A program made the translations under genes and the position numbers. Below the pieces are notes generated by a model, which saw nothing but the letters and a program-made list of their open reading frames with translations, did no database searches and was not told where the DNA came from. Below are positions 32,356 to 42,648 of a stretch of 64,000 nucleotides of DNA, piece by piece; positions within the stretch are counted from its first letter, which is position 1, and every line of letters starts with the position of its first letter. This DNA comes from Salpingoeca rosetta (Eukaryota; Protista; Choanoflagellata): contig JAWQFM010000019.1 of NCBI GenBank assembly GCA_033442325.1, positions 598,087-662,086 on the forward strand. The letters are read 5' to 3'.

Positions 32356-34669
32356 TGCATGTGTGTGTCTGCATGTGTGTGTGTGTTTGCATGTGTGTGC
32401 GCTGCATGTGTTTGTTTGCATGTGTGTGCGTATGTCTGCATGTGTGTGTGTGTGTGCTTTCATGTCTGCCTGCCTGTCTGTGTGCCTGTCTGCGTGTGTG
32501 TCTGTGTGTATGTGTGTCTGTGTGTCTGTACGGGAGTGTGTTTGCATGTGTGTGCTTTCATGTCTGCCTGTCTGCCTGTGTGCCTGCCTGCCTGTCTGCG
32601 TGCTTCAATTCCTCCCTGTGCGTGCAGCCCTCCATTCCTATCTCTCCTCTTCTGTGCTTGCACATGCACTCACGACAACGCTGCTACTGACGGCCCAGGC
32701 ACGGACGACCTTCGCTTCACCATCAAGTCCGGGGAGCAGACGTACCACTTCCAAGCTGGCTCAGAAGAGTGAGTTGCCGTGCACTTGAGAAAGACCGGTG
32801 CAGCCTGCGTGCGGTGTTGCTTATGTTGGCTGCATTGGCTGTGGCGTTACTATGTCTCCCCGCCCCGCACGTTTGTTGACATGCGTGCATGCGTGTTGTG
32901 GTTAACAGTGAGCGACAACGGCTCGTCGTGAGTCTAAGCAGCGCCAAGATCTTCAGCAAGAGCTGTAAGAGTGCGCATGCGTGTCTGTGTGTGTGTGTGT
33001 GTGTGTCTGTGTAGGTCTGTCTGCGTCTGTCTGTGTCTGTCTGTGTCTGTCTGTCTGTGTGCGTGCGTCTGTCTGCCCCCCTTCCTCCTCTGCATGTGGC
33101 AAAGTGCAGCGTTGTATGCTTTCTCCGTGCATGCGTTCACAAGCCCCCAATCCGTTTGGCTGACCCACACGTCCGTCTGCCACCAGTGATTGATGCCCAG
33201 ACCATGCCGGAGCAGGGCGGTGGCGACGACGAAGCAGCAGAAGAGGAAGAGCAGGATGCCACAGTTGATACGGAGCAGCTGCGTGCCCAAATCAAGGTGG
33301 AGGGAAAGTGTGTGTATGTGTGTGTGTCTGTCTGTCTGTCGTTCTGTGTCTGTGTTTGTGTGTGTATGTGTGTGTGTGTGTGTCTGTGTCTGTGTGTCTG
33401 TGTGTCTGTGTGTGTCTATCTGTCCGCCCCTGTGCCTCTCTGTGTCTGCATGTGTATGACCGTGTCGTTGCCGGCTTCTCTACTCCCCTGGCGCCCATGC
33501 ACACCCCATTCCACTGACACCTTCACCCTCATGCATCTGTTTTTCCCTCCGCAGGGCATCGTCGATAACCTGCAGCGCTACGTCCGAGCCACCGAGCAGA
33601 CTCTCGCAAACTTCAAGTTGCCGGTGTGTGTCTGTGTCTGTGTCTGTGTCTGTGCCTGTGTCTGTGTCTGTGTCTGTGTCTGTGTCTGTGTCTGTGTGTG
33701 TGTGTGTGTGGTATCTGCCCGTCGGCCTCCTCGTCTGTTGCTTCAACCCTCCCCTCGCCCCTCCGCCTCGTTGTCCCCCCCCCCCACACACACACACAAA
33801 CACATTCGCGCGCGCGCCTGCCACCGCTCACCCAGCATAATACACATGCACGTGCCTCATCTCTGCAGGCCAAAGCAGCTGTGAAGGCCTCTGAGCTGCA
33901 CTACAACTTCAACTGCATCATGCAGTCGTGTGAGGATCTCAACAGCGCCCTGGCCGTCGTCTCGGACGTGTCCATTGCCGGTGTCGCCGTGCGCGACGAG
34001 AGGCGCCGCTTCCTCCACCCCACACCACAGAAACACCAACACCAACACCAGCAGCCGCAGCAGCAGCAGCAGCAAGTGGAGGCAGCACACGTGCAAGCAG
34101 CAGCAGCAACAAACGGCCATTCGCAGGTGGTGACGGCTGGGGAAGATTCGCCAGCAGGGAAAGTTGAAGGAGAAGGTGAAGGAGAAGGAAACAATGCAAC
34201 GATGGTGACTGGCGATAACGGCGAGCATGCAGAGGAGTCCCGAGCACCTGACGCCCAGCAGCAAAACACACCAGCAAGCACAGCGATGGCAGAAGACGGG
34301 CAGCCGACACCTGAACACACACAGCAGCAGCAGCACGCCAACGACGATAACAACAACAACAAGGCAACATTTGCAACACTTGCAGAAGAACCCACCGCAC
34401 TGGCGAAAGCAGAAGCAGGCGAGAGCGCAGCAGTCACAACCACCACCTTTGATGCAGATGCACCGGCAACATCGACGACACTCATGCAAGAGAGCAAAGA
34501 GGAGGGAGAAGAGGAGGACGAGGAGGAAGACGACAACGCGACGTTCTTCCGGACCGTTTCTCCGTCATTTTCCCAGTTTGCAAATCACGCGCCTGGCGCT
34601 GGTGCTGTGGACACCCGCACGTTCCTCGACGCCGCCAGGTCCGGGCTGTGCGCTGTGTCCGTGTGTGTG

Positions 34670-34705
<36 letters not shown>

Positions 34706-35175
34706 GTGTGTGTGTGTGTGTGTGTGTGTGTCTGTGTGTCTGTGTGTCTGTGTGTCTGTGTGTCTGTCTGTGTGTCTGTGTGTCTGTGTCTGTGTCTGTG
34801 TCTGTGTCTGTGTCTGTGTGTGTGTGTGTGCCTGTGTCTGTGTGCGTGATGTAGTGGGTGCTTCCTTCCCCGTTTGCTTGCTTGCTTGCTCCTTCATCGT
34901 TCATCGCCCCGCTCGCTCGCTTGCTTGCTCGCTTGCTTGCTTGCTTGTGGCGTCGCAACTCATGTCCACCAACGCATATGCGATCATGTGTGACTGCCGC
35001 CGCCAGGGAGATGCTGCCGCTAATTGCGCAGCTCGGCACGACGATGACGCCCGTAAAGAGCGACATTCTGGGAAACATCAAGAAACTCGAGCGCGCATAT
35101 GAGCAGGATCCACAGGGAAGAGCCACCCTGGACCTTCTCATCCAACACGAGATTGACGCGTAAGCATGCCCTCCC

Positions 35176-35232
<57 letters not shown>

Positions 35233-36314
35233 CGTGTACGTGTGTACGTGTGTGTGTGTGTATGTGTACGTGTGTACGTGTGTGTGTATGTGTACGTGTG
35301 TGTGTGTGTGTCTGTGTAAAAGTGTTTGGGAGATTGCATGTGCATGTTGCGCGGTCCAACTGCTCCGTCGTCACGACTGCGTTTCCTTTTCATGCGCACC
35401 ACGGAACTGTACCGCTTGCCATTGCAGAGGCACGACAACGGCAAAGGATGCTGCTACAGATGCGCTGCTGTGGCTCAGGCGCGCACTGGAGTTTATCGAG
35501 CACTTCCTCCTCATGGTCCGATGAATGCGTGGTCACTTCATCCTGATGTCTTGTTGCATCGCACATCTCACTGCACTTGCAGCAGTTGTCGTGGCTGTGG
35601 GTGGCTGCCCTGTCAACGACGCTCACAGGCTGTTGCTTTGTTCATTGCTTGTGCATGCTGACATGCGTCCTGTTCCCCTGCAGGTCAGCGAGGGCGAGGA
35701 CAACCTGGCCAAGGCCGCCGGACACGCCTATGAGATTTCACTTCGCAAGCATCACAACTGGATGGTGCGTTTGTCTGCGCGCGTGTGTGTTGTGTGTCTG
35801 TCTGCGTTGTGTGTGTGTGTGTGTGTGTGTCTGTGTGTGTGTGTCTGTGTGTCTGCATCTTCCTCTCTGCGATTTCCCCTCTGTGACTTCCTCTCTGCGT
35901 GCTCCTCTGTGTCCGCGTGTCCCCACCATTCGGCCGTATCGCTCCAGCTGCCTGCTGGCCAATCACGCCCCCATTCATTGACAACATGCAATTGTTGCTG
36001 TGCAGATTCGGCAAGTGTTCGGCCTGGCCATGCGCTCCCTTCCCGAATACAGAACGTTCATGGACTTCTTGGGCAGCGCAGAGGATGAGCAGGTGCGACG
36101 GTGAAATGGAGTAAAGACGTAACGTTTAGTGTCGATGCATGTGTGATGCAGGCGAGGGGTAAAGAAGGTGCATGGGAAGGGGAAGAGTGTGCCACGTTCA
36201 CTGCGCACTTGCTCACACACACATATGATCTGCTTGCAGAAACTGCGTGATATGCAAGCGTACGCGCTGGGCGTTCGCAACGCTCGCTTGTCTGTGACTG
36301 TGCCAGAACCCTGA
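31996..36314 (+). CDS. PLEKHA8: PH domain + glycolipid transfer protein (GLTP) domain protein, FAPP2/PLEKHA8-like
   Basis: N-terminal PH exons: [19 protein letters not shown]; [11 protein letters not shown]; [10 protein letters not shown]; [10 protein letters not shown] low-complexity linker follows. GLTP motifs: [62 protein letters not shown]. The last exon [14 protein letters not shown] ends at 36314. Confidence 0.88.
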
Positions 36315-36393
36315 GACTGTTTGCCTCGCTCTCTTCAACCTTTTCGTTTCGCATTTATAGAATTGCTGTGCAAGCTGACGTTTAGTTGGTTGC

Positions 36394-36440
<47 letters not shown>

Positions 36441-37051
36441 TGTGTCTGTGTCTGTGTCTGTGTTTGTGTCTGTGTCTGTGGGGGGGGGGGGGGGTGGCTG
36501 TGGGTGACTGTGGGTGGCTGTGTGTGTGTGTGTGTGCAAGTAGTCCGTGACACGTGGTTCGGTGTTTGTTGAAACCTGTCCACGAAATTTCGTGCGCAGT
36601 CACACCAGCAAGTAAAATGTGACTGTTCTGACACAGTGACACCGATTCGAGCCAGTGTGACACGTTCGCAACCGCTGTCACTGGAGTGACAGGGACGAGA
36701 TGGACATGGATGTGTGTCATGTGCTGCACACTCGCACACACGCACGGCTGAATTGCATCCAGCAAGCCAGCACAGTAACGACAAGTCCTGTTACAGGAGG
36801 ACACATCACACAGTTACACTGAGAGAGGTTGACAACACAGTCACAGTGACACACACCTCCAAACAAGAACAGCAAGACAGCAGGAAGAGTAGAAAAGGAG
36901 TCGGTTGCATGGCACTTCGAGAGGACTTCGTCCACGCCAGACACTTGTGCACATGCAGCTGCGGTCTTAAGCATTCTCCCAGATACCTTGAACCTGACAC
37001 GGCAGCATGCTGGCAGCGTGTAGTGTCTCCAACACACGCGTGGTTGTGGGG

Positions 37052-37825
<774 letters not shown>

Positions 37826-37880
37826 CGTTGCGTCCTTTGACCGGCAGCCATCGTCCTGCTGCCTTTCGCTGCTGCTGCTC

Positions 37881-37962
<82 letters not shown>

Positions 37963-38271
37963 GTGTGCGTGCGTGTGTGTGTGTTGCTGCTTGTTGCAAG
38001 CTGCGTCTTTATTGTTGCTTCGCAAACACATAAACAAGAGTGCACAAGTACTCATCTGTAAAACAGAGCAACATGGTGCTTGCGACAGCGCAACGTTCAC
38101 ATGCAGTGACAACTACATCCCTTGCACAAACGCTGGTGTATCACCCCGCATCACACGCACGCACACACACACACACACATGCGCACACACACATGCGCAC
38201 ACACACATGCACACACACACACACGCACACACACACGCACACACACACACACACACACATACCCCTCAGTC

Positions 38272-41200
38272 CTACTCCTCATCGTCACTGTCGTTGGGGT
38301 GCGTCTCCATGGTTTGCGCTGCACGCACGGCCAAGTCTGTTGGGTCGCCCCTTCGGAGCAGCACGCACTTGTCAAACTTGAAGCCAATCGACTCGAAGCG
38401 CGACACGCTGGAGAGGAAGACGCCCATGCGGTTGTCGGCGTGCTTGGCCCACGCCTTGAGGCTGGACACAATGTCAAGCACAGCGAGCGCATCCATGCCA
38501 AGCATGCACTCGTCCAGCAGCAAGAAGTTGAGCTTGATGCCCAGGCTCTTCTTCAGCAGCTGGCACGACGCCAGCATCACCGCCAGGCGATAGCGCGCGT
38601 ACTCCGACGTGCTGAGCGAACTCACGCCACCGCTCAGCTCCTCGTCGTCCCACTTCAGCACGGGCTCGTGCAGCAGCCGCTCAAGCGCCGTCTCAAGCAT
38701 GATTGAGGAAACATCTTCTTCCCTGCTGTAGTTGCCGCTGCCGTTGCTGTTCTTTGCTGCTGCTGCGCTCGTGGTTACTGCGGCCGACGACCGTGTCACC
38801 GACGATGCTGTCGTTGACGATGCTGTCGTTGACGATGCTGTCGTTGACGATGTTGGTGCTCCATCGCCACAGTCGTCATCCCCATTATCATCATCATCGT
38901 CCTCGTCGTCGTCATCATCATCTTCACCCGTTCCACCATCATCACCTCTTGCACCACCGTCGTCGTCATCACTGCCAAAGTGGACGGTGAGCCGCTGGCA
39001 CCGGTACAGCGCCTGGGCCTTTGCATACTCCTTGGCCACGTCGGGGTCACTCTGCACTTGGAAAAACTTGTCCAGCCAGTACTGCACGTGACCCTTCACG
39101 CTCTCCACCAGCTTGCCTTGCACCAGCAGCTGGAACGCGTTGAGTCGTGCGTCGTCTGCCCTCGATGTCTCAATACTGCGACGCAGTTCCTGCTGTGTAC
39201 TCACCCACCTGCTCTTCTCCTCCTCCGCTGTCTGCATGTCACGCTGCAGTTGCTGCAGCTGTTCCTCTGCTGCGTTCAGCTTGCGCTGTTGCTCCTTGAG
39301 CTGTGGTCGCTTCTTCTCGAGCTCCTTCTGCGCGCGCTCGCTGAGCGCTTTCTGCTGCGCAATGCTGTTGCTCAGTTGTGTATGTTGTTGCCGTTTCTGC
39401 CGCAAGTTTTTGTTGACCTTAGTGAGCTGACCCTCCAGGGCCTTGATCTTCTCCGAGCAGCGTTCGATGGTGGTCTCGCACTCTCGCCTTCGCTCAGCGA
39501 AGACCTGAAGACAGTCGTCTCCGAGCGGTTGCAAGCACGTGGGGCACGTGGGCTGGTCCTTTAGCTTTCCACGCTTGCTGGTGAGGCTTGACTTCTCTCT
39601 CTTTGCAGCAGCTTGTTCGCCACGTTGCTCACGGATATCATCTTTACATGCGTCCTTGTCTTCCTCCAGCCGCTCAATCTCTGCTTCACAGGTCCGCAGC
39701 TTTGCCTCCAGATCTGCAGTTGCAGAGGAGAAGGGCAGCGCAAGGCGTGTGAATGCGGGAGGGGAGTGGCAGCTGGTGAGCAAGCTCGACAAGTTCACGC
39801 ACGTGCACAGATGTATGCACACACGTTCAAGCAACGTCTAGGTATGCGAACATTTGCAGTCACACACACACATTCGACACACTCACACACACACACACAC
39901 ACACATACAAATGCACACGCACACACATACACACACACACGCACGCACATACAGATGCACGCACACACGCACACACACACACACATACAAATGCACACGC
40001 ACGCACATACAAACACAAACACACACACACACCTGTTGTGCCGTGCTGGGCTGAACCTGCGGCTGAAGCCACCTCCCGTTCCAAGGCACGCACCTCCTTT
40101 TTCAGCTCCTCTACCCTGGTTCGAGCAGAGTCGCATGTCTCCTTCGCGTTCTCACAACATGTCTTGGCGTCTTTCAACTTCCTCACTGCAGTCTCCAGCT
40201 GGGCTGCGGCGTTCTTCTCCTCCTTGGCAGCTTCACGCAACTTGTTCTTGACATCTTCGGCTGCAGCATCAAACGCCTTCAAGTCGAGGACGGCAGCAAT
40301 GGCGCTGCGCGCGGGCTTCGCCCCAGCGGCGCTGGAGGCGCGGAAAAAAGCCGCGTCGCTGAACGGCGTCCAAGCACATATGAGGGGCAGCGCCCACTCA
40401 AGGTCCTCGCCACGCCGCAAATTGAACAGCTCACGTGCGATCGCGTCCGTCTTGTTGGATTTGTTGCCTTTGATGATGCGACCACCAATCTCCACTCTGA
40501 GCTGCTGTGGTTGCTGTCGCTGCTGTCGCTTCTGCCGCTGCTTCAGCTTGCGTGTCACCCTAAACTCTTGCCCATCCACCACGCCTTTCAAGCGGACGAA
40601 CGAGTCACCAGCGCTGTTGGGCCGCAGGTTCCCCATATTGCGGTCCTTGCTGTTGCTGATGTGTGGATCGGCCTTCCCTGTCAAGCACCAGATGATGGAG
40701 GTGGCGCACAGGAGCGTCTTGCCAAAGCCATTGCTCTGCAGGCCGCCAAGGTCCGCGCCAATGAAGCCCAGCCCCACGAAGCTCATGGAGAACGTTTGCT
40801 CGTCGAGGAACGGGCCAAACCCTTTCACGGTCAGGAACTCAAACTTGACCTCCTTTGGTGTGGCGGCTGTGCTGCTGCCGCGTGTTGACTGGCTATCGCC
40901 ATCCGGCGCCACCAGCTCATGGATTCTGTTCAGATCTTCAAGGGCCAAGCCAGAGGCTGTTGTACCGCCTGAGAGGGCAGTTGAGGCTGTGGCACTTGAG
41001 GAAGTTGAGGGTGCGGACGCTGAGGGAGGCGTGGAAGTGGTGAGGGCAGCAGAAGGTGCGGCTGCAGCTCTCGTCGCGTCTGAGGACGAAGGACGTAGAC
41101 GTGCGCGCTCGCTTTCCAAGATGTCGCGCGCTGTGGCGACGCCCAGCTGCTGCCCCAAGTTTGCGTTCTGGGGATCCCGAATAACCACGCGGATTCGAGT

Positions 41201-41821
41201 GTCCATCTCCCGGTAGAGCTTGTAGATGGCTGGGTTGTTGTCTGGTGTTGGTTTCTTCCCAAAGAAGAACAAGGTATCTGTTTTCTTGTTCTTGGCCACT
41301 TCGCGCACCTGCTTCCAGTCGACTTTTGTATGTGTTTCGTCGAGCAGAAAGCACCGCGACGTGCCTTCTCTCATGTGCTGCCATGTCGCTATGCTGTGGA
41401 GACGAACGGCAGGCAAGAAAGAAGGCAAGCGGTGCGCGAAAATGTGGGGTGGAGGATGTTAGTGGAGAAGAAGCGGAGGAGGAAATGAGCGGAGGACACA
41501 GGCATGACGCTATGACGCGCTTGCGTTTAAACAAAACGTCGCAGTGAGGAGCAACGAGGCAGCGGGGTGATATTGACTTACCCTGAATCCATGTCTTCAA
41601 TGACGGTCTTGAACATGGCGTCGCTTCCCATGGAGGACGGTGGGACTATGAAGAAGAGGAGAAGGTGTGTGTGTTTGTGTGTGTGTGTGTGAGTTTGTGT
41701 GTGTGTGTGTTTTTTGTGTACGTGGATATGCAAGAGCACGCGGAAGCAGTCAAATCGGTGTGAGACTTGGTGACAGGTGAGGGATGAGATTGGAGGGGGG
41801 TGGCAAACCGCATGCATGCAT

Positions 41822-41891
<70 letters not shown>

Positions 41892-42271
41892 GTTTTGGGA
41901 CGTTTGGAAGCGGGGTTGCCATTGTCACTCTTCATGAGCGCTTGGCGCTGCTGAATCAGCCTGCAAACGATGTGGTCTTGTCCCAGAGCACCAGTGACGC
42001 TCTGTCGCAGAGGCTCCAGGTCGCTCTCCTCGCATAAGTAGGGGAGATTGGCATTGGAGTTGGGTGGGCAACGCGTTTCAAGGAGGTGTATGCATTCATC
42101 TGTTGAGGCGTTTGTTTTCACCTCAACACCGCATCTGACAAGCAGAAGTTTCGCCTCCAAGTCAGTCAGCTGGTGCTGCAGCTCCTCGACGATATCGGCG
42201 TACAAGGACCCTGGTGTCACCGCTAACCCTTCATCCTTTGTTGCCCTTGCGCTTCGCTTTGCTGAGGACAT
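38272..42271 (-). CDS. SbcC/Rad50/phage gp46-like SMC-superfamily ATPase with zinc hook and N-terminal extension (~1074 aa, 4 exons)
   Basis: Exons 42271-41890, 41645-41582, 41393-40057 (alternative donor ~40033) and 39713-38272 splice in phase with GT-AG. Motifs: [12 protein letters not shown], Walker A SNGFGKT, coiled coil, zinc hook CPTC, coiled coil, signature-like LSTSE, Walker B FLLLDE and D-loop-like LGMD. Confidence 0.85.
38800..38852. repeat. 15-bp coding tandem repeat (GACGATGCTGTCGTT)x~3.5, encoding (TTASS)n in the SbcC-like gene
   Basis: Directly visible in the sequence. Confidence 0.85.
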
Positions 42272-42291
42272 CTCCCGCGCCTGCAGTCTCG

Positions 42292-42425
<134 letters not shown>

Positions 42426-42648
42426 GCTGACTTGCAACCTTGCCTCCGCTTGCTTGCTTGCAAGCACAAGTTCCTGCGACAGCGGTTTCGCCAATTGCAG
42501 TGCAGTTTGCAATTGGCAAATCCCAAGAAGAAGCTGCAGAAAGCAAAGCAAACCAGCACCAACGCACCAACCAACCACCTGTCTCACCCCCATCCTTCCT
42601 TAGTTCGTTCCTGCGCATCATCCTCCTCCCCTGTGCGATGCTGCCACA

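Noticed and set aside
40038-41216. Long antisense ORFs overlapping coding exons (also 7748-8659, 11798-12706 and 44373-45254)
   Set aside because: They are shadow ORFs expected from GC-rich codon usage on the opposite strand.
38272-42271. Calling the SMC-like gene RAD50
   Set aside because: It lacks the CSAGQ signature, has short coils and carries an N-terminal extension, so orthology is unsupported.
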